The translations under genes and the position numbers were made by a program. Under the pieces are notes generated by a model. That model was not told where the DNA came from and did not search any database. It worked only from the letters and a program-made list of their open reading frames with translations. A stretch of DNA of 64,000 bases from Eledone cirrhosa (taxonomy: Eukaryota), in contig OZ024741.1 of assembly GCA_964016885.1 (NCBI GenBank), positions 234,236,001 to 234,300,000 of the forward strand, written 5' to 3'. Of the stretch, positions 46,585 through 59,130 are shown piece by piece; position 1 is the stretch's first letter; every line of letters starts with the position of its first letter.

Positions 46585-49495
46585 TTTTTTAAACTATTCA
46601 TTGGGTCTTGGAACGTGCGAACTCTCCCAGACAGCAAGAAGAACCTTGAAAGTAGGACCGCTTTGATTGCCCGTGTCCTAAAAGTCCTAAAAGAGAAAAA
46701 AACATTGGTATAGCTGCTCTCTCAGAAAATGGACTAGCTGATTCTGGTCAGCTACGGAAGGTTGATGATGGATACACCTTTTTCTGAACTGGTAAATCCG
46801 GGGCAGCAAATAGAGAAGCAGGTGTGGGATTTGTTACTAGACCTGAAAAATGCGCAAGCTCAAAAGAGCCACAGACTGTTATAATAAACCTTCAAAGGTG
46901 TGGGACTAGGGTTGTTGCTCAAAAATATTGTAATCATTATCTATCGTACACTCTGTGGCATCCTTTTATAAAAAAGAGACTCATAACGAACTCAAGACGA
47001 CACGATAATTATTTAAGCTAATGTTCAATATCTCATTTTTCAGGTCTAGTTTAATATTTTTTTAAGGTAACGCTTGTAATAACTCTAGTTAAACATGATA
47101 TATATTAATAATAAATTATCGTTGTATTGTAATTAGATTATATAATTGTTATTTTATAAATGATCTTATAAATATTATTGTAAGATGTATAAAAATATTT
47201 TCAGACTTTTAATATAAACAACTACAAAATTAAATCAATTAAATCAATATTAAATAAATATATTTTACATAATAATTGTTATAGTTGAATTAATAAAAAT
47301 TAAATATTACATATAAATAGTCTAACATAATAATAAAAAAATAATTTAACATAATAATCATAAAATAATCTAACATAAAACGAACAATAACATGGACAAA
47401 TATACAAGTAAAAATGATAAACCAATATTATAAGCATGTTATAACGAACTGAAAAAAAATAGTTAATATAAATTTTAAAAATCATATATAAATTAACAAT
47501 ATAACTTATCAATACGAGAAAAATATTTTGATGATAAAAGACGAAATACGGGAGGAAGATTCGAAAGCGAAACGATAAATAAACGTGCAAACAAAATGGC
47601 GGATGCTTTTGAGCAACAATTACTCTCGTTGGTTGATTAGCCAATAAGACGATGAAATTAGCCAATAAGACGATACATTATAAAACATGTTTGGCAGCGA
47701 TTACCACGGCCAGCGACACCCCTTGAATTTTTTATTCACAAGCTACGCATATATGTCATATGGCATACACGCAGACTTAAAACATTCTGTTGTTAGTCAC
47801 TGCGTGTCTAACAGATACGAAACAACCTGATGAATGTTCTTGAATCTCTACCTGTTGGCATCAACGAAAGACTTATGACTTTGCGTATTTGCAATGCTAG
47901 AAACAAGTATCCAACCATCTTATGTTGCTATGCTCCTACCATGAAGTCTAATGATGAAACTAAAGAGCCGTTCTAGAGATTGAATCAGATGGTCTGCTTT
48001 CAAAAGAGCTGTCTATGAATCACCTCAGAAAACTTTTGGCTAGGTAAAAAGAAAACATCAAGACTGGTTTGATTCAAATGATCCAAACATTTCTCCTCAT
48101 TTGGATAACATGTACAAGTGCCACCGCCAGTGGATGTCAGACAGGAATAATACCACCGAGTGCAATGAGTTCACGGAGGCCAGAAATAAATGTCAATCTT
48201 AGCTACGGTAAATGAAACAGACATGGTGGCGAATAAAGGCACAAGGATTGCAGAATGCTGCCAATAGTTGTGGCTTTAAATCTTTCTATCAGAACTTAAA
48301 AGGAGTCTTTGGAACTGTATCTAATGGTTCAACTCCCATCTTTTCATCCGAGGATAGCCTTTTGACAGACAAAAAAGAGATCACTAAGAGATCACATTGG
48401 GCAGAACATTTCTCTAATGTTCTCAATACGGAACGAAATGTTGATATGAACCTTATCAACAACCTACCATGGAGGCCTGCCATTGCAGGACTAGCAACCC
48501 TTTCAACTAGTGCTGAGATTTAAAAAAAGGCCATAAAACAACTTACCAATGGCAAGTCGCTCGGAAATGATAGAATACCAGCAGGGATGTATAAATGTGG
48601 TAGCAATCTCTTGATTTGCAAATTTTGTGATCTCTTCTTAATCTGGGAACCAGGATCAGTTCCACGGGAGTTTAAGGATACATCTATTGTCCAACTTTAC
48701 AAGCAGAAAGGCAATAGATGTGAATGCAACAGCCATAGAGGTGTTTCTCTTCTGTTTGTTGTCGGAAAAATTCCTAGCAGGGTCTTCTTGAACAGACTTA
48801 ACAATGCTCTGGCAAATTCAGTTTTGCCTGAACCACAGTGTGGCTTTTGGTCATATAGAGGCACTGTGGACATCATTTTCAGTCTGAGGTCACTGCAGGA
48901 AAAAGCACGAGAGCACGTGAAGGATCGCTTTGTCATTTTCGTTGATCACACAAAAGCTTTTGATACTGCTTCCAAGGATGCTCTCTGGGTATTCCTTAAG
49001 AAGTTAGGTGTTCTGGAAAAGATGCTTAACATCATCATCTCTTTCCATCGGGGATGATGGCTTCAGTTAGAACCAGCGTAGAAGTGTCCGATCCATTCAT
49101 TGTTTCAAATGGAACAAAGCAAGGGTGCGTACTTTGCACCATTCCTATTTGCTTTGTCTTTCTCTGTCATGCTGAAAACAGCTTTTGAAAATGTCAAAAA
49201 ATGATTGAAATTTGAATATAGAACAAGTGGTAGCTTGTTCAACCAACAACGCTTCAAAGCAGGAACTAAAACCATAGTGGAAACAGCTGGTGACCTCCTC
49301 TTTACAGACGACTGTGCACTTAGAGCCAACAATCTTGAGGATATGCAATGGATCGCTGACAACTTCTCCCACGCGTCTAAAACCTTTGGCCTGACCATCA
49401 GTATTAAAAAAAAACAGAACTTCTCCATCAGCCTTCCTACAACCATCCTCCCGCTGTTGTTCCTACCGTTTATGTCGATGGAAAGGCCTTGAAAA
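46585..49495 (+). mobile_element. Decayed RTE (BovB-like) LINE (APE and RT), interrupted at about 46835-47814
   Basis: IGSWNVRT, IAALSE, EAGVGFV|IRNNLM..GINERLMTLR, WAEHFSNVLN, HRGVSLL, PEPQCGF, DHTKAFDT, GTKQGCVLAP, LFTDDCAL. Confidence 0.9.
46835..47814. mobile_element. Unclassified ~1 kb non-coding insertion with a near-terminal inverted repeat
   Basis: It splits the RTE reading frame. CTAGACCTGAAAAATG (46836) pairs with CATTTTTCAGGTCTAG (about 47033-47048). AT-rich body. Confidence 0.5.
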
Positions 49496-50218
49496 AGTCG
49501 GCTTGTCACAAGTAATTGGAATTGAAGAGTTATACATACAGGTATTAAATTTAAAAAATCAAGCCATCCTCATTTTACGTCCACTTCTTTCACAGGCATG
49601 TGTTGGCCGGGTTGTTATAGTCCAAGACCAGACATGTCGGAACGACCGCATCTTGCCCCATTACATCTTTGGCATAGTTTATATAGCTGAATGCCCTTCC
49701 TAACATAACCACTTTAGAGTGTTTACTGATTGCATTGTTTTTGCAATACCAGCACAACCACTTTACACAGTTGACTAAGCATATTCTATCAAGGTACCAA
49801 CACTAACCATTTACAAGAGGTACCGAGTGAATTTTATTGGCACTAGTACTAAAGAGGTCGTTACATGCTCGTTGCCATAGGGATAAACTAAAAAGCCCAG
49901 CAGAAGGCACAAATAAATTGCTACGGGCGTCGCTGCTGGGGGCCCCGTTACAATTGCCGACCTATTCATTCCGGCCGAGTATGCGTGTCTATGTATATAT
50001 ATATATATATGTGTGTGTGTGTGCGTGTGTAAATATATATATATATATACGTATGTGTATATATGTGTGTATATATATGTGTACATGTATATATATGTGT
50101 GTTGTGTTTATATATATGTGTGTGTATATGTGTATATATGTGTGTGTTTATTTGTATGTATATATATACATGTATATATATATGAATGTATATGTATATG
50201 TATATTTATATGTAAATG

Positions 50219-50292
<74 letters not shown>

Positions 50293-50344
50293 TATGTACA
50301 CGTAGTATGTATATATATATACATACATGCACACATATATATAT

Positions 50345-50660
50345 ACGTATGGATTCACCGAAAATTTATTATAATGCTCGGTGTGTTTGTAAACAAACAT
50401 CCCGTATTAAGCCGTAGTGTCCAGCAACCATCGTTGCTCGTTTGTTCAACACTGACAAAGGAACGCTGTACTAGTTTCAAGCTTATTAGCTATCGTCAGC
50501 AACGTATACCTTCCTGCCAGATTGTTGAACGTATATACTTACCTTATGCATATTAACGGCTGAGTAGCCCAATTTGCATATCGAGTGGGTTAATCGGCCG
50601 GGTGCACCGAAAACGATAAACGGAAAAAATGAAACGAAATTTCATTTCCCACTCTTAGTT
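50345..50660 (-). mobile_element. Second, diverged copy of the 17056 retrozyme-like unit
   Basis: Colinear with about 17250-17584 and adjacent to a TA field. Confidence 0.85.
50464..50504 (-). ncRNA. Minimal type I hammerhead ribozyme
   Basis: Minus strand: CGUUG CUGACGA U AGCU AAUA AGCU U GAAA CUAG UA|CAGCG. Confidence 0.85.
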
Positions 50661-51073
50661 ATTGTATAGTGTACGTTCGTAAATATGGGATTTCTTGTAA
50701 TGTTCTTCCTTTGTCATATATAAAGTTGTTTTTTTTATATAAAATAAATTATTAGATTCTCCAGCTGCTGTATCAATATGAATTACTTAAAATAGAATTT
50801 CGCCGGAGATAAATTAGCAAAATTTAATAAGCCGGTGGGGGGTGGAATAAAAACCAGTGGGTGGAGTGGGGGGTGGGGTCTAACAAATTAACAAGCGAGG
50901 GCTGCGGACGATTATTCCAGACCTGAGAGTGCGTGCGTTATTGACGGACGTAAGCCTTGTTACTCTGGGGTCTCACCTGTGTACTCACCAGACAAGACTG
51001 GTGATCCTGTGGGTGCGCAGGTGAAACTTTAGAGTAACGAAGCTCACCAATAACCATAATAAATGAATGTGTA

Positions 51074-51168
<95 letters not shown>

Positions 51169-51206
51169 ACATGGGAAGAATGAATACTGCGTATGGGTTA
51201 CATATG

Positions 51207-51552
51207 ATAAAAATAGTCCTTCATCAGTGATTTTCCAACCTTCATTGGTATTTCATCGCTTTAAAAATCATATACCTCCAGTTGGTGCGAGCAATAGCTA
51301 AATAAAGCTATTGGGACAAGTAAATCGCGTAAAGCGAGCGAGACAAGTAAACAAACATAGAAGGATAGCATTGCTATGTTTGTTTACTTGTTTACATCCT
51401 TCTATGTTTGTTTACTTGTCTCGCTCGCTTTACGCGATTTACTTGTCCCAATAGCTTTATTTAGCTATTGCTCGCACCAACTGGAGGTATATGATTTTTA
51501 AAGCGATGAAATACCAATGAAGGTTGGAAAATCACTGATGAAGGACTATTTT

Positions 51553-51555
<3 letters not shown>
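51207..51555. repeat. 160-bp apparently perfect inverted repeat between TA tracts, with a hammerhead 5'-half-like motif
   Basis: Arms 51207-51366 and 51396-51555 with CACTGATGAAGGACTATT near the arm ends. Similar motif at about 22195-22215. Confidence 0.9.
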
Positions 51556-51615
<60 letters not shown>

Positions 51616-51622
<7 letters not shown>

Positions 51623-51916
51623 AAAAAGAGATAAAATCGAAAATGCAACTGGAGTCTTATTTTTTAAAAATATATATATTTATTTGGTTCCTTTACCGGT
51701 TTCGCAGTTCTTCTGCTTTTCAAAAGCAGAGTTGAGATGGAGGGTCTGTGGTTTTTCTCACATCATATGTGAGAAAAACCACAGACCCTCCATCTCAACT
51801 CACCTTTTGAAAAGCAGAAGAACTGCGAAACCCGTAAAGGAACCAAATAAATATATATATTTTTTAAAAAAATAAGACTCCAGTTGCATTTTCGATTTCA
51901 TCTCTTTTTCTTTATA
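51616..51916. repeat. Palindrome with ~150-bp arms, 3-nt loop and hammerhead 3' half
   Basis: Centre TCTCACAT-CAT-ATGTGAGA. Arms carry GC GAAA CCGG TA AAGG (one substitution in the right arm). Confidence 0.9.
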
Positions 51917-51971
51917 CTTTCACCCGTGTAGGACACTTTGGTTATTTTTCAATTTGTAAAAAAAAACTCAC

Positions 51972-52031
<60 letters not shown>

Positions 52032-52038
<7 letters not shown>

Positions 52039-52160
52039 TCGGGACCCGCTCGGATTTAGCAGTTGAAACGTCCGGAGCTCAGCCGTCGGGATCCCAAGTT
52101 TTCCATATTACCCACCCTAGGTGAGTAATAGTCTATCTGGTTTTACCGCCTCCATTCTGA
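52032..52160 (+). mobile_element. Decayed pLTR-end fragment of the 13381 and 22406 family
   Basis: GTTGAAACGTCCGGAGCTCAGCCGTCGGGATC plus a related tail, between TA tracts. Confidence 0.6.
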
Positions 52161-52377
52161 TATATATATATATATATATATGTGTGCATGAGTGGTTGAT
52201 GCGCTTATATATCTATGTAAGAGTGTATATAGATGTACGTATAGATGCGAGCATGTAATTTTACATGTGTGTATATGTATATATACATTTTTTCCGTTAT
52301 AAGATGTTATTTTAACTCAGCCTCACTTTCATCTTTAACAGATATCAATTTCAAAACTTATATTCAAAACATAACTA

Positions 52378-52447
52378 TTTCATCTGGTGAACGGGCCGGA
52401 CGTTTCTGTAAGGATTGTCTAGTTTCTTGAAACCTTTGGTAATGGAA
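52378..52447 (+). ncRNA. Degenerate type I hammerhead ribozyme (A6G)
   Basis: UUUCAU CUGGUGA ..imperfect stem II.. GAAA CCUUUGG UA|AUGGAA. Confidence 0.55.
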
Positions 52448-52621
52448 TAATTATATTGTGTTGTTTATTATGTAATCAAATAAAAAAATTTTTTTATATA
52501 TTTATAAAGGAGATGAATAAATTGGGTATAATACCAGTTTCTTAGCAAATGCGAAGAAGCTCGATATATTAACCGCTTAGGAAAGGACACAGAGAATATT
52601 TTTTTAAAAATTAAATATACA

Positions 52622-52856
52622 CAGTGGCGGTGAAACTGGGGCGAGGGGCGTGCCGCTCTCTAATAATTATATTTTCTCCCAAACTACCAAAACACACATC
52701 TATTTGGATATGCGCTACAATTTATGTACATGTTATGTTTATCGCATCTCGAAGTTTTCTGACCATTTTAGAGTGCAAAGAGTTAAACTAATCACTGCAA
52801 CTAAATTGTACAAATTTGCCCTCACCCCCAATTCAGAAATGCTTCCACCGCCCCTG
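52622..52856 (-). mobile_element. MITE, copy of 2080-2323
   Basis: TIRs CAGTGGCGGTGAAA / TTCCACCGCCCCTG. Confidence 0.8.
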
Positions 52857-53087
52857 GAGTAGGAATTACAGGTGCGAAACTTCTTACTTTTACCCACTCT
52901 ACTGAATTCATATAGTGTCTACCATTTCTAAACTATTTTTAATATTATAGATATGGCATAGTTACGGCTCTTTACGATCTGGGATCAAATCTTGCCGAAG
53001 TTAGCTTTGCCTTTTATCTTAACGGGGTCGATAAAGTAAAGTACCAGTAATGCACTAGGGTCAATTTAATCGACTTTCCCCTCCTGA

Positions 53088-53760
53088 AGCTGGCGCATTG
53101 CTGCACCAGCTCCCGCAATTCTTGCACTTAATTCAGCCTTCTACCTTCCATCACTGGGGAACATGGCCCCGAGATACTTGAACTTTTCCACCTGCTTCAG
53201 TGGAACTCCACTCATATGTAGTGTACTGCGCAGGCTTCAATGAGAGGATAAGTGTCTCAGTTTACGCAACACAGATTTTCATTTCTACTGTGCAACCCTC
53301 GGTACCAAACCTATTAAGTGCATGTAAGTGATCACCTTCTGTCGACTTAAGTAATATCATATTGTCTGCAAATTCCAGCTGATTGATCATACACTCGCCA
53401 GTTTTGATACCACTTCCAACCCGGTTGTGCATGTCAATCATGTTCATGAAGATTATGAACTGGAGAGGTGACAGTACGCACCCCTGGCGGTGTCCAACAC
53501 CCACACTGAATGGTTTCAACGACGCCATTTATTCAAACACAAGTACTAGGGCATTCATATAGAGACATCAGGACAACAAGAAGTTGACCATCGATCCCAT
53601 ACCCCTGCAGAACCTTCCACAATGGTTCCCGTGGGACGCAGTTATACGCCTTTTCGAGGTCTACGAAACAAGCATATATCTCTTAGCAATGCTCTTACAA
53701 TTTCTCAAGGAACTGTCGCTGAGTGAATACTTGGTCGACTGTACTGCATCAGGAATACAT
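53088..53760 (-). mobile_element. RTE-type LINE RT fragment
   Basis: GHRQGCVLSPLQFIIFM, LEFADN, PLKQVEKFKYLG. Confidence 0.85.
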
Positions 53761-53999
53761 TTAATTGATTTTCGAACGTAGTTGGGTTCATGAAAAGGCA
53801 TGCAACAAGGGAATAAATAACAGATGAGCTTCGATACCCGATCAATTATAGGAATGTCATTCAAAGGACGTACTAATTTTCATATTATTAGTGATCGTTT
53901 TAGCAGTTAATTAAGATGTATATTAAGTTGTGTGCTAAGCAGTGGAATCATAAGACAAAATTATATGTGTATATATATAACTTTGATAACTCTGATAGG

Positions 54000-54640
54000 T
54001 TTCGACCAGTATTGGCCCAGGCCATGTCTAACTTAATAGTACCACCTGGCGAAGTCTTTCAAATCAGCATTTGGACACCATGGCCCACTCAAGTAGAGAG
54101 TTATTGTTTACGGAGGTATATCCGGGTGTAGGAGGTTATCCGGGATTTCTTGAAGGAATTTGTCCCAGGACTTCTTGAACTTTATGGGGTCTGTTTCTGT
54201 TTTAATGTGTTTTGGTGTAATGTTAAAGAGAGCGGGGCCAATTGAGGCGAAATAATTGTGCCGTATTGATGTTATGAGATGCGAGTGTGATTTTTGTTGT
54301 GGGCGGATAGCACGGGGCCCAAGGTTTGGGTGTACCTTAAAGGTGATGCCAACACCAGGTCTGTCATGCCATCTAACTTTTTTGTAATTGACCTATGAGG
54401 TGCTTCAACTTTCATGATACTTTGTTTCGAGTGGGGAGACCAGAGTGGATAACAGTATTCAAGGTGGGGTCGGGCAAAAGTGGACGAGAGAAGGATAATG
54501 GTGTGGATATCTCTCGACTGAAAGGTTCTGGGAATCCAGAAACACATTCTAGGGGACATGTCAACTTTGCTGTTTATATGAGTGGCCCAGCTGATGTTGT
54601 GGTGCACAATTACTCACAAGTCTCTGATGTGGTTGGATAC
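54000..54640 (-). mobile_element. CR1/L2-type LINE 3' fragment
   Basis: ISWATHIN..RTFQSRD..FARPHLEYCYPLWSPH..KVEAPHRSITK. Confidence 0.8.
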
Positions 54641-54727
54641 ATACATACCTACATACATACCAACATACATAAAGTGTATATATAGATACATACTTACAGT
54701 GTGTAGTATGTGTATATATATATATAT

Positions 54728-55266
54728 GATGGCGATGGCTGCCCCCTCGTTATCGAGTATGGCCATTGCATGATATACCATTATTAATAATTATTATTTA
54801 ATTCTATCGTGCAATGCCTGTACGTGAAGATTTTTTTAAAGTGAGGAAAGACTGAGCACTGAGCCAGTCCCACTCTCTGAGCGACAGTAGCTATAACCCG
54901 AAAAGAAGAAAAGATCAACATCATCGGTAAATACTGAGCCGCAGGTTTTATATCGGAGTTATCCCAGTTTCCTGAGTTGCTTTCTCCTAGAAGAATGCCC
55001 TGACAAAGGCTAGGGGTCCTTCACGCCCAGTGGTTTAACCGCACGGTACATGTGTATATACATATTTACACACTTTTGGATGGCCGTTGACTCTTATGAG
55101 TTCTTCCGCCCTTTGTCGGGTTTGTTTTTTGTCTGCAGGGTGTCCAAAGTCACCCTCCTCAACAAGTAAACTTGGTGGGGGTTGCCGGTTTAGCCGCTGA
55201 CGACCCGACCATGCGACAGGTTGTACTGGGTTACATGTTACCAGTAGCACTCAAGAGTGACCCGCC
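54728..55266 (-). mobile_element. Short non-autonomous RTE-derived element; second copy at 58119-58746
   Basis: The two copies are colinear and share AAAAGAAGAA(C/A)AAG..CAACATCAT and TTTTTAAGTGAGGAAAG-type blocks with the RTE 5' UTR at 45260-45360. They start next to (TATG)n. Confidence 0.6.
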
Positions 55267-55342
55267 ATATACATACATACATACATACATACATACATAC
55301 ATACATACATACATACATACATACATACATACATACATACAT

Positions 55343-58097
55343 AATAAAAGATTCAGATGCTTAATAAAAGATTCAGACGAAACCAAACATCAGTCTATAG
55401 AGATATGAAGGGCAAAATAATAAGTGTCACTGAGGCCCCATCCCAGAAAGACATAGATTCCTTTTGGAGAAAAATATGGGGTGAAAAGAAGAATTTCAAC
55501 CAAGATGCAGTGTGGCTAAGAGAAATCCGAAAGAACTATTGCTCCTACACTACAACAAAAACATACGAAATAAGTGAGGGTACCCTTGAGACTGTGATAG
55601 GAAAACTCCAAGATAAGAAAACACCAGGAAGAGACATGATTGTCGGCTACTGGTACAAAAAACTAATATTCTATCGGAGGTATCTTACTGACCTCTACCA
55701 ACAAGTTCTTAAGGGAGATACACGTATACCAGAATGGTTGACATTAGCACAAACGTTACTGGTCCCCAAGAACAAAGACACCCACTTGGCAAAAAACTAC
55801 CGACCCATTGTATGCCAGAACCTGATGTATAAGATGTATACAGCCTGCCTGAACCTATTCCTCCAAGATCACTGTGAAAATAATAACATCATCACAGATG
55901 AACAAGCAGCTGGAAAGAAAAGGGTTTGGGGATGTGCTGAACAACTCCTAATCAACAAAACTGCGATGTCGGAGGTGCGACGACTTAGGAGGAATATGAC
56001 TACAGTCTGGCTGGACTACAAGAAAGCTTTCGATTCTGTTCCCCACTCTTGTATGATAGAGGCCCTCCAACTTGCTAAAGTCCCAGACATTATTGTCAGA
56101 GCCATAGAGAGGCTGTTTTCTTCTTGGGCTACTATCCTAAGGTTAAAGACAGAGAGGGAGGACTCTATTTTCACTGATAAAATAAAATATTGCAGGGGGA
56201 CAGTCTCTCTGTGATATTGTTCATTTTGTCATTAAACCCCTTGTCCTTTCTGCTCAAGAAATGTGAGGGATACATCATTGGCTCACAGGAGGACAGAAAT
56301 ACGAACCTAACCCATAACTTCTTTGTGGACGATCTGAAACTCTATGCCAAGAACATGGATGGGATGAAGAAAAATCTTGACCTGGTTACAACGTTCTCAA
56401 AGGATATAAGAATGGAGTTTGGCCAAGATAAATGCTCATACATGACTGTAAAGCGGGGAAAACAACAACCCAATCTAGCAACATTGTCATCAATGGTCTA
56501 ACTGTTTCACCGATATCTGATGAGGACTGCTACAGATACCTGGGGATAGATGAGAACATATCCTATAATGGTATCTGTAATAAAGAACGCGTAACCAGGG
56601 AATACTACACCCGATTAAGAAAGATCTGGTCATCGGAACTCTCTGCGCAAAACAAAACAGTGGCTCACAATGTGTTTGCTGTGCCTGTCCTAATACCAAC
56701 GTTTGGAATACTCAATTGGACGATAGACGAAATCCGAGCAGTTGATGTTGGAACTCGAAAAATACTGAACAACACCGGAAACTTCCACATCAACAGTGAC
56801 ATAGACCGCCTTTACTTGAAACGTAAGCAGGGAGGCAGAGGCCTAACATCAGTCCAGACAACATTTGAATGTCGCATCCTATCTCTCCGACAACATCTAC
56901 GAACCTCGAAGCGTAGGAGCCTGCTTCTCGAGCAAGTCTATCTGCATGAAACAGATAAGATCATGAGAGGTGGGAAGGAACTCCTTGAGAGATATTCCGT
57001 GTGATAATCAAAAACTCACACCCAGGGATGTCGCTCAGCAGTATCGCAGTGAATCCATGGATGAAAAACTGCATGCCTATCAGCAAAAAATCATGCATGG
57101 ATATGTTGCCAGGAAGCTCCAGAGTGAGAGTAATATAGATAAGGAAAGTAGTCTATCTTGGACCAACAACCGCTATATTGGCTCCCACTTTGAAGGATAC
57201 GCTTTTGCAATCCAAGAACGAAATACCTGATTCACAAAAGAGATAGGGATGCAGGCAAAACACCTAGATGTGATAACAAGTGCAGATTCTGCAGAACTAA
57301 CATCGAGGATATCACCCATGTCATCAGCAGCTGCCCAAAGATATCATCGCGGTACTATCTACCTATGAGGCATGATGTAGTGGCCAAAACACTGTACAGT
57401 GCAGTTCGTAAAAAAGATAGCCCCGATAATAAACACATTAAAAGTTACAACAATGTGGAAGACATCCATGTACATAATATGAAAGAGTACTGGTGGAATG
57501 TTCCAGTAAAAACCCCAATAAAATGCAGGCATAACAGACCAGATATTATAGTATGGGACAGGGAGAAGAAAACATGCACAGTAGTGGAAATTAGCTGCCC
57601 AGCAGATGCCAATATAATATCAAAGATTAGTGAAAAGGAGAATATTTATGCAAAACTGATGAGAAATCTGCAGATACTCCACCCTGATTACACCTTCAGA
57701 TTTATGCCTGTGATTATTGGGGCACTGGGATATGTTAGTAACTGCCTCAATACAAATCTTGAGAAGCTGGGCTTCACAGGAACAGAAAGAACACAACTAG
57801 TTAGGAAATTACAAGTACAATCCATTAATGGAACAGTAAAATATGTAAAACATTCCAAAAATGTTGCATCTAATAACTGCATATACACATGTACAGATAC
57901 AAAGCATATACACATGCACACATACAACTCAAAACATACACATCCACACATACAATAACATCCATATCTACACATGCATGCATACATACATATCTACCTA
58001 GTTGATGTGTAAATTCCAATGAGAGAGTCTTGTGTCTCTGTTAGAAACCGACTCTCTCTCCATTGGCAAAAATTTGTGAAATTATAAAACCAGAAGA
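55343..58097 (+). mobile_element. 5'-truncated R4/Dong-clade LINE (RT, CCHC, restriction-like endonuclease), frameshifted
   Basis: KTPGRD, NYRPIVC, WLDYKKAFDSVPH, QGDSLS, FFVDDLKLYA, YRYLG, CRFC..H..SSC, RHDVVAK, RPDIIVWD..VEISCP. (ACAT)n on both sides. Confidence 0.92.
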
Positions 58098-58118
58098 ACA
58101 TACATACATACATACATA

Positions 58119-58746
58119 TGGTGGCTGCCAACTCGTTTTCGAGTACGGCCACTACTTTATATCCATGTAGGAGAACCCCTACCGATGCGTTGTGAGTACG
58201 CCAACTACTTTATATCCATGTAGGTGAACCCCTACCGATGAGTGTGACTTTTTAGTCCAGCCAGCGACTTGAAAACTCTGGTACAAACACTACACTTGTG
58301 ACAATTATTGACACATAGTGATGGGCCCATGGTACCATGTGACGACAAGTGCAGAAAGATCTCCAGATATAAAGCAATGCCTGTGTCGTGAAGCTTTTAT
58401 AGTGAGCAAAGGCACTGCACAAAGCCAGTCCCACTCTCTTAACCAAGATGATATTTACCAAAAAGAAGAACAAGTCAACATCATTGGATACCATCAGGGT
58501 TGCAGGTGTTATATCAGAGTTTTCCTTCTCCTAGAATTCTGCCTTGACAAAGGCTAAGGGGTCATCTCTCCCGGTGATTTTGGATGGCCATTGACTCTTA
58601 AGAGCTCCTTTGCCCTTTGACAGGTTTTGTTTTTAGTCCTGCAGGATGTCCAAAGTCACCCTCCTCACCAAGAAACCTTGGTGGGGTTGCCAGTTTAGTC
58701 GCCAACGACCCGACCATGAGACAGGTTGTACTGGGATACATGTACA
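58119..58746 (-). mobile_element. Short non-autonomous RTE-derived element
   Basis: Colinear with 54728-55266. Confidence 0.6.
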
Positions 58747-58795
58747 ATACATACATACATACATACATACATACATACATACATACATACATACA

Positions 58796-58827
<32 letters not shown>

Positions 58828-59130
58828 GTTGTATATATATATATATAAGATCTCAGTAGCCTGATGCTAGAGAGATGTTTCTATGTTTGAGAGAAAACGA
58901 CTTTGTTGTGTTAAAATAGTGTTTATGGAAATTTCTCTCTGACAAATAATTTCTTACTATACATGTCGCATTTTATATGAATAGGTAGATAAGATTTTCA
59001 ATAAATGCAGAAATACTCAGATGACCATATGTAAACCTCTCTTTTATAATATACCAAACATCTATGATATTTACTCAATTGGTTTCCCTATCTATCTATA
59101 TCTATCTATTTATCTATGTATCTATCTATC

